The notes beneath the pieces are model-generated. The model made no database searches. It saw nothing but the letters and a program-made list of their open reading frames with translations, and was not told the DNA's origin. DNA of 64,000 nucleotides, from the NCBI RefSeq assembly GCF_009914755.1, contig NC_060935.1; one strand, written 5' to 3'. Positions 33,416 through 49,629 of the stretch are shown here, piece after piece (position 1 is the first letter of the stretch; every line of letters starts with the position of its first letter). This stretch comes from the human T2T-CHM13v2.0 reference genome, Homo sapiens. The translations under genes and the position numbers were made by a program.

Positions 33416-35070
33416 CTCATACATTTCTGATGGCAGTGCAAATTATTACATTCACTTTGGATATCTATTTGGCAACGTCATCTAAAGATGAAAGTACACA
33501 TGGCCTACGATTCAGCAGTTTCACTCCTGCATATATCCAACAGAAATTCATACATATATTTACCAACAGACATGCACAAGAAAGTTCAGAGCATTATACT
33601 TAATAGCCAAAAACTGGAAATAATTCAAATGTTCATCAACAGTAAATGGGCAAATTGTAGTTTAGCAAAACGATAGAATATTATACAAAGAAATATTAAT
33701 GAACCACTGCAATAATAAAAGTAAATCTCAAAAACATAATGGAGAGTAGAGAAAGCTAACTCGAAAGAATACGTATCATATATTTCCACTTATATAAGTT
33801 TTAAAAACAGACAAAAGTCATCTATGAGATTAGAATCCAGATAGTGGTGACCTTTGGAATGAGACAAGGTAGTGACTGGTAGAGGGCATGAGGAGGGTTC
33901 CAGAATTCCAGTGTGTTCTGTTTCTTGATCTCAGCGATGGTGACACCAGCAATACACACTTTGTGAAAGTCATCGCACTGCTCCCTCATGATTTCTACAC
34001 TTTCCCAATGAATATCATACTTGAAAAAAGTTTACATGGGGGGAATTCCTTAAAAGAAAGTTATAATTAATTTCTTCTAAATGTAGAAGGAATGAGGAAG
34101 ATAGGAAAGCCACCATTCTAGCCAAATAATAATAGCTGTAATCAAGACCCACAAATAGGTGCCAAAATTCATGGGAGAAATTTTAAGGAAAATCAGGACA
34201 TTTACATAGTCTCAAAGTGTCTCCCCCAAAATATGTATTACTTACAAAGGGAAAATAGTAGCTTCACAGTGGAGAAGCCTGGCAGACCCCACTTTAACAA
34301 AGTGACCAAAGTTAACATTTCCAATGATAACACATATTAACATCGTGTACCTCCTAATATGATGCACTAAGAAGGACACATCATCTCTGTAGCATTTTTC
34401 TCAAAAATGTGTAACTTCAAAACATCAGACAAATCCAAATTGAGGAGCATTCTGCAGTTTACCTGACCAGTACTTTTCAAAGGAGTGAAGGTCATGTAGG
34501 GAGAAAAGGAAAGATAAAAGGAATGTCTGTCAGAGATTGGAGACTAAGAAGACATGACAGCTAAATGCAAAGTGGGATCCTGGATTAGATTCTAGAACAT
34601 AAAAGGAACATTAGTGTAAAAACTGGTGAAATCCAAATAATGTCTGTAGTTAAGCTAATAGCATTAAACCAGTGCTAATTGCTTAGTTTTAATAACTGTA
34701 CTATGTTTATGTATGATGTTAACATAAGTAGAATCTGGGTGAAGAATATACAGGAACAGGAACTTCTTTATAGCTTTTTGTTTTTGTTTTTTGTTTTTTA
34801 AAGATGGGATCTCACTATGTTGTCCAGGTTGGACTCAAATACCTGGGCTCAAGACATACTCCCACTTCAGCCTCCTGGGTAACTGGGACTACAGGCATGT
34901 GATATTGTACCAGGATCTCTCTGTAGTATTTTTGAAACTTTTCTATAATTCTACAATAATTTCAAATTAAAAATAATTAAAATACAAATATACTTAACAC
35001 TACTGAACTGTACACTTAAGTGATTAAGATTGTAAATTTTGTGTTTATACCATAATTTAATTTTTTTACA
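33416..35070 (+). mobile_element. Old L1M (L1ME/L1MC-type) 3' fragments, with an antisense FLAM at ~34775-34915
   Basis: L1M 3'UTR motifs (AAATGTTCATCAACAGTAAATGG; ACAGTGGAGAAGCCTGGCAGAC; CTAAATGCAAAGTGGGATCCTGGATT). Confidence 0.6.
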
Positions 35071-35517
35071 TTATTAAAATATATGCACTTTATTATATAT
35101 AATAATATATATATAACATAATTTATATGTATTAATATATCTAACTGTCACCCCAGGGCACAAGTAAAGATACATTGCAGTCTGAGGAAGGGTAAAAGAA
35201 AAAATATCTTCTATCCCTTAGAATGGGGCAGGAAAAAGTTCTGGGCCCAGGATCACATACCAATACTATTAGATGTCTCCTATTCTTAGGGCAGGGTCAA
35301 GGCAACCACTACTCCTGAGACTCAGGGTCACAGCACCTGCCTAAGACTAATATGCATAAGAACGACCAAAAAAGCTCTTTTTCCCACCCCCAATCAGTCT
35401 AAGAAACACCAAATAATAAGCAAAAGAAATCTGTTGCTAGGAGAGAAGTAAAATCACTGAAAAGGCCTTACTCCTGACACTGAAAGTCATAGCACTCACT
35501 TAAGATTAAGAATTGTT

Positions 35518-35857
<340 letters not shown>

Positions 35858-35874
35858 TCACACTTCAATGAGCC

Positions 35875-36015
35875 TATGAATCACTAGAGGATCTTTTGAA
35901 AATGAAGATTCAAATTCAGTAGATCTGGAGTGGGCCTTGAGATTCTGCATTTTTAGCAAGCCTCCAGATGATGCCAGTGTGGCTGGGCCACAAACCACAT
36001 ATTGAGTAGCAAACG
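35875..36015. mobile_element. MER5A-like DNA transposon relic
   Basis: TTCAGTAGATCTGGAGTGGGCCTTGAGATTCTGCATTTTTAGCAAG...GAGTAGCAA. Confidence 0.65.
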
Positions 36016-36841
36016 TCTAAAGAACTTCAGTGTTAACCAAGAGAATCCCTGTTGGCTTGAATGACCCTAGCCCTTCCTCCAAAAAACCTTTTCGCAAAAA
36101 AAGGTACAGAAAGAACCTAACTTGTTCAAATGTGAGAAATAATCAAAAGAGAAACAGCATGATATTGAAGCAGAGACTGTAAGAAAAAAAAGTTTCAGGG
36201 AGGAAATAGCATATTAAGAACAGTGACTATAAAAATGTTACTATGAAGCCAGTAAAAATTGTGGCCAAAAAAGAAAAGCCAATAATTTTAAATACCTATG
36301 AAGAAACTGCTCCTCTAAAACAAGAGTACAAAGCACAAATATAAGCATTAAGGAAATATATAGTTAAAAAATGAAAGTTATAAAATACTAGCTACCAGAG
36401 TTCATAAAGGATATTGAATAATAAATGAAATTTTTACTACAATGGTGTCCCTATCAGAACCATTAAAGAGGAGAACATACTTCTTTTTAGAAGTCATTAT
36501 GAAGTTATTATTTACACAGTTGTTAAAGTACACAAATACAGGGGCAATACAAACACACAGCTCAGAGACTGGTGACCAATGCACAGGTTGACACAGATGT
36601 CCTACCTACGTTTCCTGCATACTCCTCTTTAATGGTTCTAATAGGGACACCATTTTAGTAATGACTCCTCTTTGCCAAAACATAGAGACAAATAGAAAAT
36701 AGAATAAAGAAAAATAAAACAGAAAATAAAAGGTTAAATGACCACAGAAAAGTTTTAGACTTGGAAAGCAAACCAAGAAAATCCAATGTATATAACTGAT
36801 CTCTTTGAAGAAGAAATACAAAATTATATATGTATATACAC

Positions 36842-37302
<461 letters not shown>

Positions 37303-37359
37303 CTAATGAAATAAGACAAGAATCTACAGATAAACACAATTTGCACCAAAAATAAGTTA

Positions 37360-38400
37360 AAGGTACAGTGATTAGAAATGAAGAAATTAAACTGTCATTA
37401 TTTGCAGACAACATAATGTGTCAATATAAGGTCCAAAAAGTCTGCTCTTAAGCTATTAAAAAATAAGTAAATTTGGGGAAATGACAATATAGAAGATCAA
37501 TGTACTAAAAAAATTTGATAAAAAGCTAATTGTAAAAACAATTAGAAAATAAAAATTTAAGTATCGCACTTAGAATTGTATTAAATACCATCGAAAGATA
37601 TGAACTACAAAATATTGCTGTGAGACATCAAATGTATATAAAAAGTAGAGCTATATACAACCAATGTACATGGATTAGAAGGATCAATATTATAAAATTG
37701 TCAGTCCTCCCAAATTTGATCTATAGATTGCATGCAATTTCAATCAAAACCCAAAAATCCTAATGTTTTTCTTATAAATTGACAAACTGCTTCTAATATT
37801 TAAGTGTAGATGCAAAGGACATAAAATAGCCACAAAAATCCAGAAGAAAAGTTGTTGTTCTTCCACTACCAGGTGGCAAGACTTATTACAAAGCTACCAT
37901 AATAAAAACTGCATGGTATTTGCCATGAGAATCTACAAATAGATCAATGGAAAAGAATAGAGAGATCAGAAGAGACTTATGTACACTTGATTTATGATGA
38001 AGGTGATACTGCAGAATTGTGGAGAAAGGTTGATCTCTTGAATAAATAGTATTAGACCACCTGATTATCACTACTGGGAAAAAATAAAACTTTATCTATC
38101 TCACATCATACATCAAAATTAATTCCTAGTGGTTTACCAGACTAAATATGTTAAGTAAAGCAATAAACTTTCTGGAAGTTTATATAGGAGATTATTTTAT
38201 ATTCTCAGGATAGAAAATGTCTTAAACAGAAAATAAAGTTATTAATCATAAAAGAAAAAATGAGTAAATTAAGAACTCATTTATCAAAAGGCATCAAGAG
38301 ACTGAAAAAACAAGCCAAAAAAATAAGAAGAGATATGTGTAACACATATTAACTGATAAATGACCTAAAACCCAGAATATTTTTAATATCCTATATATCA
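37360..38400 (+). mobile_element. Old L1M ORF2 relic
   Basis: AAACTGTCATTATTTGCAGACAACATA (KLSLFADN) and TATAGATTGCATGCAATTTCAATCAAA (YR-HAISIK). Confidence 0.75.
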
Positions 38401-38409
38401 GTAAAGTTA

Positions 38410-40811
<2,402 letters not shown>

Positions 40812-40835
<24 letters not shown>

Positions 40836-42490
40836 TTCCTCTGTCCCTCTGCCTTTTCCAGTAGAAGCTTCCTTTTGTGTTTCTGCTATATTATCTTTGC
40901 CCTCCTTCTGTCCATGGACAGAAGGACATTTTTGCTCCTCCTTAGGTCCATGACTCAAGCTGCTTTTGACAGAAAATAAATTCTGGCTCTGTGATTTCTT
41001 TTCATTTGAATGTTTTATCTTGAATGATACATTGTTCATCTGAATACCTTTTACCAGATTCTTTATTTTAGCTTCATACAGGGAGAATTCCAAATCCCAG
41101 GTCCTGTTGTGCTTCATAGATTCCATCTGTTCTTTAAAATGTTTCAGATCCTGCGCTAAACAGGGAGAAATTCTGAAGCAGAACTTGAGCTCCAAGTTCG
41201 AGAAGCTGTCTTTTTTCGAGATGTCCAGTAAAAACTGCATAGTGAGGGTCATCTCATCATTCCCTTCCTGCTCCTTTACCTCCAGCAGCCTTTGCACTTC
41301 TCTGCGGGACTCCTTCCCCAGCCGGCTTTGGTCCTCTTTCACCAGGTAAGACATGGCATGAAAAAAGTCCTGGAAGCTGATGTGGCGGAAGCTGTAGAAC
41401 TTCTTGATGGCAAGTCCCAATTGGTAGTCGTTACTACTCAGGAAAGCGGCAAGCCTGGGGCCATCTAAATTATGTTTCCTGAGCTCAGCTTCTTCAAATA
41501 GGAACCTCTGGTGCTGAATCCCTTCAGCTGCTAGGGAGCACAGACTCCTCAGGACCCTGTGCCGGGAAAGCTCGGAGCAGCCCCCATCATCATCGGGCGG
41601 CAGAAAGGTGGAGACGTAAGCCATGAAGATGTCAGTGCTGTTTCTAGGTGTCTCTAAGACAACTTTGCCTCTCTCCATCTGCCCCTGCAGCCAGGAGCAG
41701 ACCACCCAGCAAATGCCTGGAACCTGACACGCTTTGTAGAGAATGTCATTTTTCTGTACAATGTCGAAGGCACGGTCAGCTTGCTTCTCATCCGTGAAAT
41801 AGGAGCTGAAGTACCTCGCCCTCTCCTCCTCAGAGAAGCCTAGGATATGGACATGACGTGCTTGTTTCAGCAAGGGCTCCAGATTCCTCAAAGCCAGGGG
41901 CCGGGTGGTGATGAGAAGGGAGCACGTGGGGAGTGTATGTCTCCTAATTAGAAGGTGCAGCAGGCTCTCCTTGGGACTCAAACCCCTCTTCTTCAACTTT
42001 TCTTCAAAGGGCCTCTGCAGCTCATCAAAGCCATCCAGGATGAACAGGAGCCGCTCTGGCTGCCTCAGAATCTCTGTGACAGGGGCTTGATTGTCCCCGC
42101 AGCACCAGAAAAGGAGCTGCTCCAGTTTGCTCTCCAGCAGCAGGACCACTTCTTTGCAGCTTACATAAAAGACATAATCAAACCGGCCTGGGTACAGAGT
42201 ACCGGTGGCCCAGTCCAACACCATTTTTCTGGCGAGAGTTGTCTTTCCAGTGCCAGCCGACCCCTGTAGCACAACTAAGGATGGGGCCAGTGAGGGCTTT
42301 TCCCCTGAATCAAATAGAGCCTCCACCGTGACAGACTCCAGCTCCTGCTCCGGGAAGGGGCAGGCAAGTGATTCTGGGCTCTCTGAGCTGGGCTTGGCCA
42401 CCAGGAGCACCTGGTTGTATCTGCCATTGACTCCTGCTTCCTGCCATTCCTCTAGGCAGCGCACATGCTCTCGGTATACTTCTCTGTAAT
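40812..42490 (-). CDS. NLRP10: NLRP10 second coding exon (NACHT, helical domains, basic tail, stop)
   Basis: Acceptor TTTGGCTCAG|AT at 42491/42490; Walker A GSAGTGKT (K179), Walker B LLFILDGFDE (D249); 289+1679 nt = 655 aa plus stop; no LRR. Confidence 0.97.
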
Positions 42491-42644
42491 CTGAGCCAAA
42501 CAAATGGGATGTTAGGTAGTGAAATGGGAATTTTAGAAGGCAAAATGGCCCCTCCAAACTGACTCTGCTCATTAGTCTTCTTGTATGTCTCCAACTTGGA
42601 TCTTGCTGAGATTATAGTTCTGGCTTCATGGGGAGGGGCCACTG

Positions 42645-42905
42645 TATGTGTGCATGAGTGTGTGTGTGCAGGCGCAGTATGCATATGCACATCTGTATGA
42701 GTGTGCAAGGGTGTGCTCTGTGTGTGTGGATAGTTGTGCATGAATGCTGGTATCCACATGTGCTCGTGGACCTTCATGTACTGTTGTGGAGGGAAGTCAT
42801 GTCAGTGTGCATCAGCAAGTGTGTGTCTGTAAGAATACATGTAAGTGCAAAATGCCTGTGTGAGAATGCATGAATGTCTGAGTGTTCATGTGAAATGTCT
42901 CCATG
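42645..42905. repeat. Degenerate (TG)n/(TGCA)-rich low-complexity tract in NLRP10 intron
   Basis: Alternating purine-pyrimidine runs visible directly. Confidence 0.8.
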
Positions 42906-42973
42906 TGAAGAGGTGAGGACAGAGAGAGGGGAAAGGAAAGGGATGCCTGAGGATGGTGAAGTGATAGGAGCCT

Positions 42974-43703
<730 letters not shown>

Positions 43704-44374
43704 GATAAGCCTGTTCTTGGGAAAGGACAAGCCAAATGCTAAAGATAAAACAGCTTCTCAGAAAGAGCCATGACTCTGGGTCCATGAAACCCTCCCATTT
43801 GTACGTAGCAGAGGAGCTTTCAAGCATGAAAGGAGCCTATGGGAGGGAGCAAAGGCACCAAAAGATCCCTCCCTCCCCCCAGGCACCCACAGGAAGAACC
43901 AGCAGGCCATGAGGTCCCACACCACCCATTCTGTAGTGTGGTTCCTTGAGAGATCAGGGCCACAGAAGACTTAGAAGCGCCTGAGCAGCTTGCCAGGAAG
44001 CAGCTAGGGACAGGTCTGACCCCTACATCCTGATGCTATTTCTTCTGGTTAGTGGAAATCCCTTCACCAACACCCTCCCAGTCTCTAAGACCCTTTCTTC
44101 AGACTCTCCCCTTCTCTGCCACTGCAGCTGGAGGTAAGATGTGGGGAAGAAAGGCTAGTCTTTTCTTAAATAAATCCCAGCTTTGGCTCAGTCCCCCTCC
44201 TGACAGTTGTTGGAACCCTCAGGTGGAGACCACCAAGGACTCTGGGGCACCAGGGACTAGAGGACAAGGTGACAGAAGGCATAAGGTACAGGCTACAGGC
44301 AGCTCTGGAAATGCCATGGTGGGAGGGGAGTCCCAGTGCCATCCTGCCCTCCCCTTCCCCCGCTCCACACTCAC

Positions 44375-44663
44375 CATGCAGACAAATATGGCTGAGCTGG
44401 TCCACAAGTTCCAACAGGTTCATGACCTTCAAGCCCTTGAGGACAACTTTCACAGCCTCCTTTTCTCCATACTTTGAAATCAGTAATTCTGCCAGGTCCA
44501 CCGGAATCAGGCCCTCCAACTCCCCTCTGGCCAGTGGGGGCTGGCCCTCAGACAGGGTCATATCCCGTAAGTAGAACTTTAACTTCTTGAAATCGTTCTC
44601 CTCAAGGTCACTCAAGGCCCAGAGCAATGCCTCCCGGGGCTTTCTGGCCTTGGCCATGGCCAT
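44375..44663 (-). CDS. NLRP10: NLRP10 first coding exon (pyrin domain); exon probably begins at 44708 with 45 nt of 5'UTR
   Basis: MAMAKARKPREALLWALSDLEENDFKKLKFYL pyrin domain; donor CATG|GTGAGT at 44375/44374 (phase 1, matches acceptor); upstream acceptor CTCTTTCTCCAG|G at 44709/44708. Confidence 0.97.
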
Positions 44664-45042
44664 GGTGATCTGGGGGAAGGATCAAGTCCAGACCAGAAGA
44701 CCAGTGACCTGGAGAAAGAGGCAAAAGGAGAGGTCCACTGCTGAGAGGCCCACCCTGCTTTCTGGGGGCTTGGCCAAGTTATAGAGCGGAGGCCAGGGAG
44801 AGACGAGATACATGTGCAAAGCTCCAAGAAAGACAAGCAGATGAAACGCAGGGGAATTTTCCTAGTCATTCCCCTCTGCCTCTTAGTCAGGTGACACGTG
44901 ACTGTGTTGGCAAATGGGTAGGAAGGTATGTAGGTGTGTTAATCTCTCAATCTCTCTCTCTCTCTCTCCCCCAAACTCTATCTCTGTCTCTCTCTCTCCC
45001 CCCACTCCCTTCCTCTTTCCCTCTCAACACGTTCTTTATTAG

Positions 45043-45393
<351 letters not shown>

Positions 45394-46578
45394 AAGTTTT
45401 AAGTTTTAAAAGTGAGACTGTCCCTGGCTGTGTGAACCTATAGAAAGCTGGAGCACATTTGCTGGAACTGCTGTGGTATGGCAAGAAGGTAAAAAAAATC
45501 TACACTCAACCCATTGGCCTCACATGTCAGCCTCCTGGCCTCAGTCACACAGGGATTGCAAAGCTAGAAGTCTCCTAATTCAAATAAGGAAACAAATCCA
45601 GATAATGATAGGAAGAGGAACCGCCACCTGTGAGTGCTGACTTTGTGCCAGGTGATTTACATATCCTTTTTGATCATCTCAGAAATCGTCTCAGGAACTG
45701 TTCCACATGAGAAATTTGGCAGTCAGAGAAAAATGGTTTTTCAGAGTTTTCCAGAGCTAGGCCACCGGGCAAAGAGGCAGGATTTAAACTGGTCTATGCC
45801 CTGGGTGGAAGAGAGAGACAGAAAAAACTCAAAAGATAAAGAAATAGAAGACAGAGTCAGGAACCAGAAAGTTAGGCTAAATGTTGCCAGAAGCTGGAGA
45901 CATGTATAAATACTAAAGTAACGGGAAAGGAGAGCAGAGTTTTGAATTGTGTTTCTAATGTAGAACCAAAATGTAGGCCAGGTGGCAGTCTTTGGAAAAG
46001 AAAAGCAACAATTAATAGAAAGCCTTCAGAATCCAGAAATACACCTGTGACCTAAGGCCCATAGGGAACCCATCTCAGTAGTACAATGTCACATTCATCA
46101 TTGAGAGTGTTCAAAAGAGAATTTGGGAACACAGAGAGTTGTTGCCATTCAAATACCAACATTTTGACTACATACTGACAGAGAAAGAAAATGTTTGGAA
46201 CATGTTAGGATACAGGGGACTTTGGTTGTGAGTCATAGGCCAGTTTGGAAAAGCAGGCCTGTGAAAGCAGGATCAATTTACAACAAAGCTTCAGGCTGCA
46301 TGGGAAGACTCAGGGCTTCCCTGCAAATTTCTGATGTTGGCAGAGCTATTTAATAATTCAGGAAAGAAAAGACAACACTAGAACCTGCCAAGAAGATGTC
46401 CAGTCTAGGCTGCTTACCACAGTTCAGACTTGGGGAGCTGGAGGTGAGGCAGCGAGAACTCAGCTCCCTGATCCAGGAGCCCAGTAAGCAAAGCCTGGGG
46501 ACTGAGACGAAACAGATCCCCTTTCCTGGTCCGACAGCTCTACAGGTCCAAGTTTGGGCTCTCTTAGCCCATACTCAC

Positions 46579-46655
46579 TAGTTCACTTCTGTTTGGTGGT
46601 GCTGGTACCTACCAGCTACAGCTTGATACCTAACAGTTCCTAGTATATAGGCCTG
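46579..46655 (-). promoter_or_regulatory. NLRP10: Probable NLRP10 TATA box (~46643-46649) and short non-coding exon 1 (~46615 to 46579)
   Basis: Minus-strand CCTATATACT; donor TA|GTGAGT at 46579/46578; the acceptor 45 nt before the ATG implies an upstream exon. Confidence 0.55.
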
Positions 46656-47079
46656 GAACAGAAGGGCCCCTCCCCATCTGCCCCAAGCCTCTGTGAAGCA
46701 GAACCACCCACTGAATGTCAGTGGGATGACTGTCAATGGGATGGGCAATTGCTCACCAGTGGGAAACTTGACCTCATTTTTTCAAATGTTGAAGTTGAGA
46801 AACAAGGGAGGGGTGGAAGGCATGAACTATTCTGTCACCAAGAGAAAAAGAGCCCAGGAGACTTCCCACATCCCTCCCTGGAACCCACACTCCTCCTCTA
46901 CCACTTAACCCCAGCCTAGGCTGGGGCAGTTTGACTAGAGAGACGAAAGAATTGAAGCACTGCCACCACCATATCCTCCGCCAGTGCACCATTTCTCTAA
47001 GTTGTTGAAATCACTGGAGAATGAAAAAGGAAGAAGATAGGAGCTCCATGAAGTAGGAATTCAAACAAGGAGAAAAACA

Positions 47080-47421
<342 letters not shown>

Positions 47422-49629
47422 CTAGAGAGCTGAGGATCCCCAAGAGCCCTGACAGAAAGAGAACAGGTTTCTCCAAAAAGAATGTCTCCAAGAAAAAAGA
47501 AAAAAGACTTGCTAGACTAGCTGATGCTATTGGCCTTCTAAAACAGCCTATTGGGAGGCTATTAGAAGGTGGAAAAAGCTAGCAGTAACTTCCAAGAAAA
47601 CCAGATAAATGAAAGTAAAATAAAGAAATTACTAGCAAGAGGAGAAACAAAAAATAAAATTGGAAATATAATAGTAAACTAATATACTCAAGTGTGAATA
47701 ATGTTTGCATAGAAATCATAGTGTAACCACTGAACATTGCTCTAAAATTTAAAATATAATTACATTGAAAGGATGGTGGTGGAATGTACTAGAAGAGGAA
47801 GTTGATAGACAATGCCTAAAATGTTGAATCAAAAGATAGTGATATACAGTACACATATTACTTCAAAATGCAGAGATGTAAGAAGAAATAGTTAAAATCT
47901 AATGTATTAATAGTTGTTTTAGCGAAAAGAGACTGGGCATCAGGAGAGGAAAGGACTACTGTTCCAGGGCATAAGTTTTTTAATGCCTATTGACTTTAGA
48001 AATCATAACCATGTATTACTTTGAAAAGATAAAAATTAACTTAGCAAAGAAACAGTAAGAGGTAAAGAAATGGAGTTAACATGTATAGACAAATCTCTCT
48101 GGAAGCTTGGTAACAAAAGTGATGAGAAAGGTCCTGAGGTAATATGGGAGATGTGAAGTCCAGAGAAGGTTTTGTTTGCTTTAACATGGGAAAGGGAGGA
48201 ATGTACCTGGATGCTGATACAAAGCCTCCCATAGAGAGGTCAGGTTAGAAATGCAGAAGAGAAAGGCAAGCACCAGAGGGGGGAATGGAGAATGGGGATT
48301 GGGACAGGATTCGAAGCAAAGGCAAAAGATTGGCCTTTGACAGGAGGCTGGAAGGAACAGCATCCATTCATTCCTGAGGAAAGTGACAGAGGTTGTTTGG
48401 CAGAGAAAGTCAGGTGTGTGGGTTTTGTGGTCAGAAGATAAGCATGGTCATGTCTGAGTCTCCATATGCTCTGTGAAGTACATGTAAGAGTATCTCCCAT
48501 GAGTGAGAGGGCAGGGGTGGTTGAGGAGAGGAGACACCTTAAGGAGGCCACTGCAAGCCTTCCCTCCTGTGCACCTCTCCTCCTCCTCCAAGGCCTCTTG
48601 TGCCCACTGCTCAGGGAGTACCCCAGAGTCCAGGGGAACAGGCAGGAATGGGACTGGCCTTTCCCAGTGCCTTGACCAAGATGAGGCTAGCGACAAAAAC
48701 AAGACTGCCAAGAACCAGGACCCAGAGACCAAGATGGGAAGATAAAAGAGTGAGACACAGTTATGTAGTGAGGGTGACAGAGAGAGCAGAAAGGCCACCT
48801 ACTGCAAAGGCACCAGGTCTGGAGACCACTGTGCCAGATTCAGAATCACACCTGAAGAAAGGAGGAATGAGATGCATGGAACCAACTATAATTGGAGGGT
48901 GGAGGCAAGAGATGAAATGAGTCCTCCCTGCCTATCCACCCTGGCCTGGCTACAGGCAACACTGATAATTGCAACTAAGTCCCAAAAAGGGCAGGGGTGG
49001 AGACAAAAGAAAGAGAAACCAAGCCTGGGAATAGCAAGAGATCAAAAGAGTAAAGAGTCAGAGAAGAGATACAGAGAGATATCAGAAAAATGAGCAAACA
49101 AAATAGAAAGTCAGAGAGAGATGAAGCCAGCTGGTAGGTATGAGTCTCTCACTTTCCCATACACACATACACACATACTTACACACTCACTCTATACACA
49201 GTGTTTTTTCACAGCAAACTGTTAGAAACAAGGGCAATGAGAAAAACATGTGAAGCAATTGGAGTTTCTCAATCAAGCTGCAGTGTTCCCACATTCATTA
49301 TACTCTTTCCCTACCTATGGAGGCAGATCCCAAGGCAAAGTTGAACACATGTCTTCATCCTCTTGCTTCCAGGCCTTCTTTTTGACACAGGCAGGAGCTC
49401 CAACCCCAGTCTGTCCCCTCTTATACAAGGGCCCTTTGAGACAGTCCCCTCAGGCTCCCCAAAGGTCACCATCTTCTCCTTTATACCTTGGTCAGTTTTG
49501 ATGGAGTTAGCACATGGATTTGGTAAGCTTAAAGGTCTTCTTGAGACAGGAGATCCTGTGGCCATTTTGGAGGTATCTGTCTCTGCTGCTAGAAGCTGTC
49601 TTTTCTCAAGAGTATTGTCACAAGGCTTT

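Noticed and set aside
36520-36680. Non-repeat-looking island inside L1-like sequence, considered as a small RNA gene
   Set aside because: No convincing C/D or H/ACA boxes, terminal stem, or family I can recognise
42491-42572. N-terminal 27 aa of the 586-aa ORF as an alternative NLRP10 start
   Set aside because: Intronic read-through upstream of a canonical acceptor; the spliced product gives the expected 655 aa
44166-44374. 165-aa PYD-only protein from intron read-through (POP-like inhibitor)
   Set aside because: A strong GTGAGT donor is present and there is no sequence evidence for intron retention; it would need RNA data
48041-49093. Cluster of overlapping 60-116 aa ORFs on both strands
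   Set aside because: Purine-rich, partly L2-like sequence; no recognisable domain or splice-supported structure
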